Origin: Ranitomeya imitator
Lineage: Eukaryota
Assembly (NCBI RefSeq): GCF_032444005.1
Contig: NC_091283.1
Location: forward strand, 313,100,001-313,164,000
DNA length: 64,000 nt
Direction: 5' to 3'
A model generated the notes under the pieces. The model worked only from the letters and a program-made list of their open reading frames with translations. It had not been told where the DNA came from and searched no databases. The translations under genes were made by a program, and so were the position numbers. The stretch's first letter is position 1; every line of letters begins with the position of its first letter. Below, piece by piece: positions 23,330-35,609 of the stretch.

Positions 23330-25140
23330 GACGTGACTTGTGCCTCATTCCTAAATGACACGACCTGTGACTCCTACTAGCTGACATGACATGTGCCTCA
23401 TTCCTAAATGACACGACCTGTGACTCCTACTAGCTGACATGACGTGTGCCTCATTCCAAAATGACATGACCTGTGACTCCTACTAGCTGACATGATGTGT
23501 GCCTCATTCCTAAATGACATGACCTGTGACTCCAACTAGCTGACATGACGTGTGCCTCATTCCAAAATGACATGACCTGTGACTCCTACTAGCTGACATG
23601 ACGTGTGCCTCATTCCAAAATGACATGACCTGTGACTCTCACTAGCTGACATGACGTGTGCCTCATTCCAAAATGACATGACCTGTGACTCCTACTAGCT
23701 GACATGACGTGTGTCTCTTTCCTAAATGACATGACCTGTGACTCCAATTAGCTAACATGACTTGTGCCTCATTCCAAAATGACACGACCTGTGACTCCTA
23801 CTAGCTGACATGACATGTGCCTCATTCCTAAATGACATGACCTGTGACTCCTACTAGCTGACATGACGTGTGCCTCATTCCAAAATGACATGACCTGTGA
23901 CTCCTACTAGCTGACATGATGTGTGCCTCATTCCTAAATGACATGACCTGTGACTCCAACTAGCTGACATGACGTGTGCCTCATTCCAAAATGACATGAC
24001 CTGTGACTCCTACTAGCTGACATGACGTGTGCCTCATTCCAAAATGACATGACCTGTGACTCTTACTAGCTGACATGACGTGTGCCTCATTCCAAAATGA
24101 CATGACCTGTGACTCCTACTAGCTGACATGACGTGTGTCTCTTTCCTAAATGACATGACCTGTGACTCCAATTAGCTAACATGACTTGTGCCTCATTCCA
24201 AAATGACATGACCTGTGACTCCTACTAGCTGACATGACGTGTGCCTCTTTCCTAAATGACATGATCTGTGACTCCAACTAGCTAACATGACGTGTGCCTC
24301 ATTCCAAAATGACATGACCTGTAACTCCTACTAGCTGACATGACGTGTGCCTCGTTCCTAAATTACATGACCTGTGACTCCTACTAGCTGACATGACGTG
24401 TGCCTTGTTCCTAAATGACATGATCTGTGACTCCTACTAGCTGACATGACATATGCCTCGTTCCTAAATGACATGACCTGTGACTCCTACTAGCAGACAT
24501 GACGTGTGCCTCGTTCCTAAATGACATGACCTGTGACTCCTACTAGCTGACATGACGTGTGCCTCGTTCCTAAATGACATGGCCTGTGACTCCTACTAGC
24601 TGACATGACGTGTGCCGTGTTTCTAAATGACATGACCTGTGACTCCTCCTGGCTGACATGATGTGTGCCTCATTCCAAAATGACATGACCTGTGACTCCT
24701 CCTAGCTGACATGACGTGTGCCTCATTACTACATGACATGATCTGTGACTCCACCTAGCTGACATGACGTGTGCCTCATTCCTACATGACATGATCTGTG
24801 ACTCCTAGCTGACATGACGTGTGCCTCATTCCTACATGACATGATCTGTGACTCCTCCTAGCTGACATGACGTGTGCCTCATTCCTAAATGACATGACCT
24901 GTGACTCCTAGCTGACATGACGTGTGCCTCATTCCTACATGACATGATCTGTGACTCCTCCTAGCTGACATGATGTGTGCCTCATTCCTACATGACATGA
25001 CCTGTGACTCCTCCTAGCTGACATGACATGTGCCTCATTCCTATATGACATGATCTGTGACTCCTCCTAGCTGACATGACGTGTGCCTCATTCCTAAATG
25101 ACATGACCTGTGACTCCTACTAGCTGACTTGACGTGTGCC
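23330..25140. repeat. 53-bp minisatellite (~34 copies; TGCCTCATTCCTAAATGACATGACCTGTGACTCCTACTAGCTGACATGACGTG)
   Basis: Period measured 23341 to 23394; variant units recur at 424-bp spacing. Confidence 0.95.
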
Positions 25141-26036
25141 TCTGTGTAGTAAGTTATGTTAAAATGGTTTCAACACTCCAATTACTAATTATTGATATAT
25201 TGATATGGTTTCAATCAGTTATAATATATATTTACTTTTATGAAGTTCGCAGAAGGTCATTGAAGTTTAACCCCTTAGCGACCGCCGATACGCCTTTTAA
25301 CGGCGGCCGCTAAGGGTACTTAAACCACAGCGCCGTTAATTAACGGCGATGTGGAAAAAGTCCATAGCGCCCCCCAGAGGCCGATTTTCTCCGGGGTCTC
25401 GGCTGCCGGGGGTAGCCGAGACCCCAGAGAACATGATTCGGGGGTTTTTTAACCCACCCCGCATTTGCGATCGCCGGTAATTAACCGTTTACCGGCGATC
25501 GCAAAAAAAAAAAAAAAAAAAAGCGATCTCTTTTTAATTTCTCTGTCCTCCGATGTGATCGCACATCGGAGGACAGAGAAAAGGGGTCCCAGGAGGCCCC
25601 CCAATACTCACCTAGCTCCCCCGATGCTCCTCGTGTCTCCCGGTGGGCGCCGCCATCTTCAAAATGGCGGGCGCATGCGCAGTGCGCCCGCCGGCCGGCA
25701 CCGGGAGAATCTTTGGGGTCTCGGCTGCCGGGGGTAGCCGAGACCCCAAAGAGCACGATTGGGGTCGGTATTACCGACCCCTGTTTTGCGATCGCCGGTA
25801 ATTAACTGTTTACCGGCGACCGCAAAAAAAAAAAAAAGTAAAGTGTAATTCTCTGTCCTCTGATGTGATCGCACATCAGAGGACAGAGAAATAGGGGGAT
25901 TCGGGGACCCTAGCATACTCACCTAGGTCCCTGGATCCTCTTGCTGCTCCTCCTGGCCGCCGGCAGCAGAACATGGCGGACGCATGCCCAGTGCGCCCGC
26001 CATCTGTCTCCATCTGCCGGCCGGCAGGAGAACAGC

Positions 26037-26357
26037 NNNNNNNNNNNNNNNNNNNNNNNNNNNNNNNNNNNNNNNNNNNNNNNNNNNNNNNNNNNNNNNN
26101 NNNNNNNNNNNNNNNNNNNNNNNNNNNNNNNNNNNNNNNNNNNNNNNNNNNNNNNNNNNNNNNNNNNNNNNNNNNNNNNNNNNNNNNNNNNNNNNNNNNN
26201 NNNNNNNNNNNNNNNNNNNNNNNNNNNNNNNNNNNNNNNNNNNNNNNNNNNNNNNNNNNNNNNNNNNNNNNNNNNNNNNNNNNNNNNNNNNNNNNNNNNN
26301 NNNNNNNNNNNNNNNNNNNNNNNNNNNNNNNNNNNNNNNNNNNNNNNNNNNNNNNNN
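26037..26357. other. Assembly gap (321 N)
   Basis: Run of N. Confidence 1.
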
Positions 26358-27250
26358 TAGGGTTGGGGCTAAATTTAGGGTTAGGGTTGGGGCTAAATTG
26401 AGGGTTAGGGTTGGGGCTAAACTTAGGGTTAGGCTTCTTTCACACTTACGTCGGTACGGGGCCGTCGCAATGCGTCGGCCCGACATACCGACGCACGTTG
26501 TGAAAATTGTGCACAACGTGGGCAGCAGCTGTAGTTTTTCAACACATCCGCTGCCCAATCTATGTCCTGGGGAGGAGGGGGCGGAGTTACGGCCACGCAT
26601 GTGCGGTCAGAAATGGCGGATGCGACGTACAAAAAAACGTTTCATTGAACGTTTTTTTTGTGCCGACGCTCCGCCAAAACACAACTGATCCAGTGCACGA
26701 CGGACGCGACGTGTGGCCATCCGTCACGATCCGTCGGCAATACAAGTCTATGGGCAAAAAACGCATCCTGCGGGCACATTTGCAGGATCCGTTTCTTGTC
26801 CAAAACGACGGATTGCGACGGAATGCCAAACGACGCAAGTGTGAAAGTAGCCCTAGGGCTAGGGTTAGGGTTGGGGCTAAAGTTAGGGCTAGGGTTGGGG
26901 CTAAAGTTAGGGTTAGAGCTGGGATTAGGGTTAGGGTTTGGATTAGGGTTGGTATTAGGGTTAGGGTTGGCATTAGGGTTACGCTTGGGATTAGGGTTAG
27001 GTTTGGGATTAGGGTTAAGGTTAGGGTTGTGATTAGGGGTGTATTGGGATTAGGGTTAGGTTTGAGGTTAGGGTTGAGATTAGGATTAGGGGTGTGTTGG
27101 ATTTAGGGTTTTGATTAGGGTTATGGTTAGGGTTGACATTAGGGTTGTTTTGGGGTAAGGGTTGTGATTATGGTTAGGGTTAGTGATTAGGATTATGGAT
27201 GAGGTTGGGATTAGGGTTAGGGGTGTGTTGGGGTTAGGGTTGGAGCTAGA
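26358..27250 (+). repeat. Degenerate TTAGGG-rich (telomere-like) repeat tract, interrupted by a MITE
   Basis: Units such as TTAGGGTTAGGGTTGGGGCTAAA and GATTAGGGTTAGG. Confidence 0.85.
26432..26852. mobile_element. PIF/Harbinger-type MITE inside the telomere-like tract
   Basis: TIR GGCTTCTTTCACACTT / AAGTGTGAAAGTAGCC; TTA/CTA flanks. Confidence 0.75.
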
Positions 27251-29150
27251 ATTGGGGGGTTTCCACTGTTTAGGTACATCAGGGGGTCTCCAAACACGAC
27301 AGCCAATTTTGCGCTCAAAAAGTCAAATGGTGCTCCCTCCCTTCTGAGCTCTGCCGTGCGCCCAAACAGTGGGTTACCCCCACATATGGGGCATCAGCGT
27401 ACTCGGGATAAATTGGACAACAACTTCTGGGGTCCAATTTCTCTTGTTACCCTTGTGAAAATAAAAACTTGGGAGCTACAAAATCTTTTTTGTGAAAAAA
27501 AAAATATTTTTTATTTTCACGACTCTGCATTCTAAACTTCTGTGAAGCACTTGGGCATTCAAAGTTCTCACCACACATCTAGATAAGTTCCTTGGGGGGT
27601 CTAGTTTCCAAAATGGGGTCACTTGTGGGGGGTTACTACAGTTTAGGTACATCAGGGGCTCTGCAATCGCAACATAATGCCCACAGACCATTCTATCAAA
27701 GTCTGCATTCCAAAACGGCGCTCCTTCCTTCCGAGCTCTGCCGTGCGCCCAAACAGTGGCTTACCCCCACATATGGGGTACCAGCATACTCAGGACAAAT
27801 TGGACAACAACTTTTGTGGTCCAGTTTCTCTTGTTACCCTTGTGAAAATAAAAATTTGGTGGCTAAAAAATCTTTTTTGTGGAAAAAAAAATATTTTTTA
27901 TTTTCACGGCTCTGCATTATAAACTTCTGTGAAGCACTTGGGCATTCAAGGTTCTCACCACACATCTAGATAAGCTCCATGGGGGGTCTAGTTTCCAAAA
28001 TGGGGTCACTTGTGGGGGATTTCTACTGTTTAGGCACATCAGGGGCTCTCCAAACGCGACATGGCGTCCGATCTCAATTCCAGCCAATTCTACATTGAAA
28101 AAGTAAAACGGCACTCTTTCTCTTCCAAGCTCTGCGGTGCGCCCAAACAGTGGTTTACCCCCACATATTGGGTATCGACGTACTCAGGAGAAATTGCACA
28201 ACAACTTTTGTGGTCTAATTTCTCCTGTTACCCTTGTGAAAATAAAAATTTGTGGGCAAAAAGATCATTTTTGTAGAAAAAATGCAATTTTTTTTTTTCA
28301 CGGCTCTACGTTATAAACTTCTGTGAAGCACATGGGGGTTCAAAGTGCTCGCCACACATCTAGATAAGTTCCTTAAGGGGTCTAGTTTCCAAAATGGTGT
28401 CACTTGTGGGGGGTTTCCACTGTTTAGGCACATCAGGGGCTCTCCAAACGCGACATGGCGTCCAATCTCAATTCCAGCCAATTCTACATTGAAAAAGTAA
28501 AACGGCACTCCTTCTCTTCCAAGCTCTGCGGTGCGCCCTAACAGTTGTTTACCCCCACATATTGGGTATCAGCGTACTCAGGAGAAATTGCACAACAACT
28601 TTTGTGGTCTAATTTCTCCAGTTACCCTTGTGAAAATAAGAATTTGTGGGCAAAAAGATCATTTTTGTGTAAACAAAAGCGATTTTTTATTTTCACGGCT
28701 CTACGTTATAAACTTCTGTGAAGCACTTGGGGGTTCAAAGTGCTCACCACACATCTAGATAAGTTCCTTAAGGGGTCTAGTTTCCAAAATGGTGTCACTT
28801 GTGGGGAGTTTCCACTGTTTAGGTACATCAGGGGCTCTCTAAATGTGACATGGTGTCCGATCTCAATTCCAGCCAATTCTGCATTGAAAAAGTCAAACGG
28901 CGCTCCTTCACTTCTAAGTTCTGCGGTGCGCCCTAACAGTGGTTTACCCCCACATATGGGGTATTGGCGTATTCAGGAGAAATTGCATAACAAAATTTAT
29001 GGTTACATTTCTGTTTTTACACTTGTGAAAATAAAAAAAATGGTTCTGAATTAAGATGTTTGCAAAAAAAAGTTAAATGTTCATTTTTTCCTTCCACATT
29101 GTTTCAGTTCCTGTGAAGCACGTAAAGGGTTAATAAACTTCTTGAATGTG
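27250..29150. repeat. ~394-bp tandem array (4-5 diverged copies) inside the TTAA element
   Basis: CTGTGAAGCAC recurs at ~27540, 27925, 28320, 28715 and 29110. Confidence 0.8.
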
Positions 29151-29648
29151 GTTTTGAGAACCTTGAGGGGTGTAGTTTTTAGAATGGTGTCACACTTCAT
29201 TATTTTCTATCATATAGACCCCTCAAAATGACTTCAAATGTGATGTGGTCCCTAAAAAAAAATGGTGTTGTAAAAATGAGAAATTGCTGGTCAACTTTTA
29301 ACCCTTATAACTCCCTAACAAAAAAAATTTTGTTTCCAAAATTGTGCTGATGTAAAGTAGACATGTGGGAAATGTTATTTATTAACTATTTTTTATGACA
29401 TATCTCTCTGATTTAAGGGCATAAAAATACAAAGTTTGAAAATTGCAAAATTTTAAAATTTTTTGCCATATTTCCGTTTTTTTCATAAATAATCGCAAGT
29501 AATATCGAAGAAATGTTACCACTAACATGAAGTACAATATGTCACGAAAAAACAATCTCAGAATCAGCGGGATCCGTTGAAGCGTTCCAGAGTTATAACC
29601 TCATAAAGTGACAGTGGTCAGAATTGCAAAAATTGGCCTGGTCATTAA

Positions 29649-30932
29649 CCCCTTCATGACCAGGGGATTTTTCGTTTTTCCATGTTCGTTTTTCGCTCCC
29701 CTCCTTCCCAGAGCCATAACTTTTTTATTTTTCCGTCAATTTGGCCATGTGAGGGCTTATTTTTTGCGGGACGAGTTGTACTTTTGAACGACATCATTGG
29801 TTTTAGCATGTCGTGTACTAGAAAACGGGAAAAAAATTCCAAGTGCGGTGAAATTGCAAAAAAAGTGCAATCCCACACTTGTTTTTTGTTTGGCTTTTTT
29901 GCTAGGTTCACTAAATGCTAAAACTGACCTGCCATTATGATTCTCCAGGTCATTACGAGTTCATAGACACCAAACATGACTAGGTTATTTTTTATCTAAG
30001 TGGTGAAAAAAAATTCCAAACTTTGCTAAAAAAAAAAAAAAAAAAATTGCGCCATTTTCCGATACTCGTAGCGTCTCCATTTTTCGTGATCTGGGGTCGG
30101 TTGAGGGCTTATTTTTTGCGTGCCGAGATGACGTTTTTAATGATAGCATTTCGGTGCAGATACGTTCTTTTGATTGCCCGTTATTGCATTTTAATGCAAT
30201 GTCGCGGTGACCAAAAAAACGTAATTCTGGCGTTTCGAATTTTTTTCCCGCTACGCTGTTTAGCGATCAGGTTAATACTTTTTTTTAATTGATAGATCGG
30301 GCGATTCTGAGCGCGGCGATACCAAATATGCGTAGATTTGATATTTTTTTTATTGATTTATTTTGATTGGGGCGAAAGGGGGGTGATTTAAACTTTTATG
30401 TTTTTTTTATTTTTTTCACATTTTTTTAAACTTTTTTATTTTACTTTTGCCATGCTTCAATAGCCTCCATGAGAGGCTAGAAGCAGGCACAGCACGATCG
30501 GCTCTGCTACATAGCAGCGATCTGCTGATCGCTGCTATGTAGCAGAATTGCACGTGTGCTGTGAGCGCCGACCACAGGGTGGCGCTCACAGCGACGGGCA
30601 ATCAGTAACCATAGAGGTCTCAAGGACCTCTATGGTTACCATTCACAAGCATCGCCGACCCCCGATCATGTGACGGGGGTCGGCGATGACGTCATTTCCG
30701 GCCGCCCGGACGGAAGCGGTAGTTAAATGCCGCTGTCTGCATTTGACAGCGGCATTTAACTAGTTAATAGGTGCGGGCAGATCGCGATTCTGCCCGCGCC
30801 TATTACGGGCACATGTCAGCTGTTCAAAACAGCTGACATGTCCCGGCTTTGGTGCGGGCTCACCGCGGAGCCCTGCATCAAAGCAGGGGAGCCGGCATCG
30901 GACGGTATAGTACGTCCGATGCCGGTAAGGGG
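29649..30932. mobile_element. Nested TTAA (piggyBac-like) MITE, 1284 bp
   Basis: TTAA|CCCCTTCATGACC...CCGGTAAGGGG|TTAA, inserted 28 bp from the right end of the outer element. Confidence 0.85.
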
Positions 30933-31477
30933 TTAAGTACCAAATTGGCTCTGTCACTAAGGGGTTAAATGTCCAACCAGATGACCCACCTAGCAGAAGG
31001 TCATTTGTTGTTTAGTAAATGACCAGTTATTTGTTATTAGTAAATCTAATTGTTGTTAGTAACTGACCAGCTACTTGTTGTCAGTAACCGACCAGTTTAA
31101 GGGGGTTTATTCCTGGCATTCCAATGACCATCAAAGTTTTTTACTGAGATACATTGGACAGTATAAGATATAAAAGACACACACATGAAACAGAGATGAG
31201 GGACAGACACACACATGAAAGAGAGATGGGAGATAGAGACGAGCCTGATTGACTTTTACCATAATGATGTAATGTATGTAATGTTATTTTACTGCTTTTA
31301 GTGACTGTTTATTTTCTAATTATTTATTAAGTAAATTCATTTTTTGTTTAGTCAATTCTTGTGTGAGCATTTATTATTCATCACAATTCCTTGAATCTTT
31401 AACAAAACAAAGTGGTTTTCTGACGAAGTGGGATTGTTTTGAATAAAATTGTTTGCAAAATTGAATAAGTTTGTTAA

Positions 31478-31963
31478 AGGGAACCTGTCACCCCGATTTT
31501 TGAGATTGAGATATAAATACTGTTAAATAGGGCCTGCGCTGTGCGTTACTATAGTGTATGTAGTGTACCCTGATTCCCCACCTACGCTGCGCAATACATT
31601 ACCAAAGTCGCCGTTTTCGCCTGTCAATCAGGCTGGTCAGGTCGGGTGGGCGTGTTCACAGCGCTGTTTCTTCCTCAGCTTTACGTTGGTGGCGTAGTGG
31701 TGTCCGCACGTTGAGGTGACTAATCCACTGTGGGCACGTGAACAAGGAGCGCGCGATCTGCGCTATCACCCCCTGTCATCGGTGGGGGCGGCCATCTTCC
31801 TGGGGCCGCGCGTGCGCAGATGGAGTGCTCTGCTGCACGGGGCTTCAGGAAAATGGCCGCGGGATGCCGCGCGTGCGCACAAGAGATCGCGGCGGCCATT
31901 TTCCCAAAGCCGAGTTAACAGTATTTATATCTCAATCTCAAAAAACGGGGTGACAGGTTCCCT
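31478..31963. mobile_element. Kolobok/T2-type MITE (TTAA TSD)
   Basis: TTAA|AGGGAACCTGTCACCCC...GGGGTGACAGGTTCCCT|TTAA. Confidence 0.85.
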
Positions 31964-31998
31964 TTAAGACCAGGAAAGCAGTTGAGAGTGTCAGATCC

Positions 31999-33810
31999 TT
32001 GCCAGAATGGGTGCTATCAGGAACGTGGACCCCGATGGCAATGGAATTTAATAAATATATGGAGGGCCAGCGTTTACCAAATCCCCAGGATGTAGCTACC
32101 AAATTTGATCTCTCAAGGTATGATTCAAAGGAACAGAAATCAGCAGCAGCCGTTGGATGGGTATGTGTCCAGGCACTGCAAAGTTTGCAGGAGGAGATTG
32201 ATCACTTGCATTTAGAGCTGCATACAGCTATAGAGCAAATGATCAGCTTGCAATCAGCCTTGAGAGACCAAGTGAAACTGCACGACAATATATTAAAGAG
32301 TTGAAGCTTATGTGATAAAAATGTGAATAAAAATAAGCGCAGGAGACAGCAGCCAGTGTCAGCTATTCATACTCCACAGATTAGAACCATGACAGCACAT
32401 GAGAAATAGTCAGATTTGCTAGAATGGGATGGCACGGAAAGTGAAACAAATGAGGTAGAAATGCATACCAGACCAATAGTAATAACAAAGACCAGGAGAG
32501 AAGTCACACAGCATAGTGGAGATAGGATGGATGCAGGAGATGCAGCTGTTGGAGCAAAAGCCACAATGATAGAGGAATCTAGGGGTTATACAGCAGGAGA
32601 GCGAACAGAATTAGCCACGAGATACAGGCAGCAAGCAGGAGAGCATTTGTTAACATGGACTCTCAGGTTATAGGATAATGGTGCAGATACTATAATTTTG
32701 AAGGGGATAGGAATTGCTAGTATTTGTATTGATCCCATGGTGCGTCTAAAAATGAGATGTGCAGGGGACACTGCAGATCATTTTCCCTATTCCATTTGGT
32801 GAGGGATTCTGTGGCACAAGTGTATGACTCTCCTATTGAATTAATACCACAAACACGATGGGAGGCTCTTGCAGATGGAGTTCAGAGACTGAGACAAATC
32901 ATGTGCATAGGTTGTATAACTCGCAATCCTTTGCCAGGTTTGAATGATCACTTTGCTGTTGTTGAGGATTGGAAGGGACGAGATGCTGCAGTGATGACAG
33001 TCATGATGAAAAAAAGTTCATAGAAGGTGCCCCAGCTGCTTACAAATCCCCATTATTTACTATGTTCAGTGCACTTAGGGGAAATTCTACCACTGTCTAT
33101 ACAGCATGCAGTTTAATCTCCCAGTGATCTCTAGAAAAAGCAAAAGTGTCAAGGAATTGCACAGTAGAGAGAGTGGAATGTGAACACAAAGAGAGAAAAA
33201 AAGCCAGCTCACCTAATGAAACACCGGTGCACGGAGGGCCATCCTGGTCAGACGTGAATACATGGTAAAGCTTGAAAAAAAAAATCACCTCCAGCTCCTG
33301 GGATAAAATTTCCAATTTTCTTTATTCGAAAAAACATGACAAAGCTTTGACAAAGATCACTGTGTTGATCGAAACGCGTCGCTCTTTCATCTGTCTGATG
33401 TTTTTCTGTCCCGGAGTCCTTAATGGAATTTTAATGTTTTTTCAAATAAAGAAAATTGGAAATTTTATCCCAGGAGCTGGAGGTGATTTTTTTTTTCAAG
33501 CTTCACTAGAGAGAGTGGATCAAGAGAGAAGGAAAGGGGATAATATCCAAGTTAGAAAGAGCAGGAAGGAGCTGTTTTGTGACCTGATACCTAGTGGAGT
33601 TCCATTCCAGGAGATAGATGGGATCTCTACATGTGACCTGTTCAGAAGATGGCAAGATCTGAGGGGAAAAGGCACATTACAATTCACCAGGCCCAGAAGG
33701 GTGGTGACAAATGAGACAGTGGGTTGGAAAGATAGAGGTGGGACACCTGATGACAAAGTCCCTACTATACCCGCCCCTTTCACTCCTCCAATAACATGTC
33801 CTTATTCCCT
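31999..33810 (+). pseudogene. gag: Degraded class III/ERV-L-like (probably lokiretrovirus) gag
   Basis: RGYTAGERTELATRYRQQAGEHLLTWTLRL*DNGAD resembles the ERV-L gag W.LR.WDNG motif; broken by stops, frameshifts and a 236-bp insertion. Confidence 0.6.
33268..33503. mobile_element. 236-bp palindromic insertion with ~58-bp inverted arms and a hammerhead-like core (PLE-derived?)
   Basis: AAGCTTGAAAAAAAAAATCACCTCCAGCTCCTGGGATAAAATTTCCAATTTTCTTTATT and its reverse complement; internal CTTTGACAAA-GATC-N8-GATC-GAAACGCGTC. Confidence 0.65.
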
Positions 33811-35310
33811 CATGGACTAATCTAATACAGATATTTAGATAAAAGTTCTGGAACATTCCATGAGAATTGTGATTGAATAGTTTTGCCATCTTTTTTTGAT
33901 ATCTAATGATGTTTGTTTTTATTTTAATAGTTTGTACTATGATGTATGCACTGGCTGATATGATGAATTGGGTTTCGTCTTGGTGATGCATAAATGTGCA
34001 TTTTCTCATTTGAGGGTTTGTAATACCTTTCAGCTGACAGTCCGCTGTCACTTGGTGCTAGACCTTGATGTTTTTAAATGGCAAAAGACCACCACTGTTC
34101 CATCCTGCATGTCCACATGGATATTCCTTCTCTGATACCTGCTTATACAGGTACTGTACAGATGATCAGGTTTTAAATACATCAGATAGGGATTATATAC
34201 ATTAGATAGGACTGCTCTATAAGGGTATACCTTGACGATTGGTGGAGCAGCTTAGTATACATTTTTTTGCAAAAAAACTATCAACTAAATACCTTGTTTT
34301 TTTCCATCTTTTGACAAGCACTTGCTTATTACTGTGATTGTTTTTATAACAGTATTTTTGACCTCACTGTGCTCTTTTGTGTCTTCAAGTTTTTTGTTGG
34401 TGTGAACAGGTTCCTACAGACTTGTTCAATGTGCAAGTAGCCCATGTGTTTCTGGTTCTATAATTGTTCTCTTGTTTCTACAAGACTGAGGAGTCCATCA
34501 CTCCTCTGTGGGTCATTTGCATTTAAGCTGTTCCATCCTGCAGGTCCACATGGATATTCCTTCTCTGAACCCTGCTTATACAGGTACTATACAGATGATC
34601 AGGTTTTAATTTAATCAGATAGGGATTATATACATTAGATAGGACTGCTCTATAAGGGTATACCTTGACGATTGGTGGAGCAGCTTAGTATACATTTTTT
34701 TGCAAAAAAACGTATGAACTAAATACCCTGTTTTTTTCCATCTTTTGACAAGCACTTGCTTATTACTGTGATTTTTTTTTTACAACAGAGTGTTTTTGAC
34801 CTCACTGTGCTCTTTGGTGTTTTATGTGACCTGTTCAGAAGATGGCAAGATCTGAGGGGAAAAGGCACATTGCAATTCACCAGGCCCAGGAGGGTGGTGA
34901 CAAATGAGACAGGGGGTTGGAAAGAGAGAGGTGGGACACATGTTTACAAAGTCCCTACTGTACCCGCCCCTTTCACTCCTCCAATAACATGTCCTTATTC
35001 CCTCATGGACTAATCTAATACAGATGTTTAGATAAAAGTTCTGGAACATTCCATGAGACTTGTGATTGAATTGTTTTGCCATCTTTTTCTGATATCTAAT
35101 GATGTTTGTTTTTATTTTAATAGTTTGTACGAAGAGAAATATTCCTGTGAGCATACTATGACGTATGCGCTGGCTGATATGATTAATTGGGTTTCATCTT
35201 GGTGATGCATAAATGTGCATTTTCTCATTTGAGGGTTTATAATACCTTCCAGCTGACAGTCCGCTGTCACTTGGTGCTAGACCTTGATGTTTTTAAATGG
35301 CAAAAGACCA
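33630..35310 (+). repeat. Direct duplications in X-Y-Y'-X' order at the end of gag
   Basis: X ~33630-34095 = X' ~34822-35310; Y ~34095-34380 = Y' ~34510-34820. Confidence 0.8.
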
Positions 35311-35390
35311 CAACAGATGCAAGATGGTGCTGTATGTGGAAGCCATTGTGAGAGAAGCATACAAGGAAAAGAGGGAGTAAAATTACTTAA

Positions 35391-35609
35391 AGGGACTCTG
35401 TCACCTGAATTTGGCAGGACTGGTTTTGGGTCATATGGGCGGAGTTTTCGGGTGTGCAGGCATGTACTACAGAAGACAGAGAATGAACTTCAATCCAATA
35501 TTGCAGCCAGCATGCAGCCAGCGGGTAAGGAAAGGGTGAATCAAACACCCGAAAACTCCGCCCATATGACCCAAAACCAGTCCCGCCAAATTCAGGTGAC
35601 AGGTTCCCT
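35391..35609. mobile_element. Kolobok/T2-type MITE (219 bp)
   Basis: TTAA|AGGGACTCTGTCACCTGAATTTGG...CCAAATTCAGGTGACAGGTTCCCT|TTAA. Confidence 0.85.

Larger units (their letters stand above)
25271..30964. mobile_element. Large non-autonomous TTAA (piggyBac-like) element with repeat cargo
   Basis: TTAA|CCCCTT...AAGGGG|TTAA ends; two ~320-bp hairpin-rich subterminal direct repeats (~25395, ~25715); telomere-like tract; ~394-bp tandem array; no transposase. Confidence 0.8.
25143..31409 (+). repeat. Putative retroviral LTR (TGTGTAG...AACA), split by the TTAA element 25271-30964
   Basis: Start 25143-25225 resembles 37546-37635 and end 31320-31409 resembles 42270-42358; TATAAAA near 31170; the middle does not match the other copy. 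Confidence 0.4.

Noticed and set aside
21205-25140. Regular short repeats resembling CRISPR arrays
   Set aside because: Units are contiguous with no unique spacers, there are no cas genes, and the context is eukaryotic; these are minisatellites.
25923-26688. ORFs containing long X runs
   Set aside because: Artefacts of the N gap.
26587-27106. GL/RV/TL-repeat ORFs
   Set aside because: Translations of the TTAGGG-like repeat and a MITE; no evidence of coding.
26358-27250. Relic telomere or chromosome fusion site
   Set aside because: Repeats are degenerate, in one orientation only, and lie inside a TTAA-bounded element.
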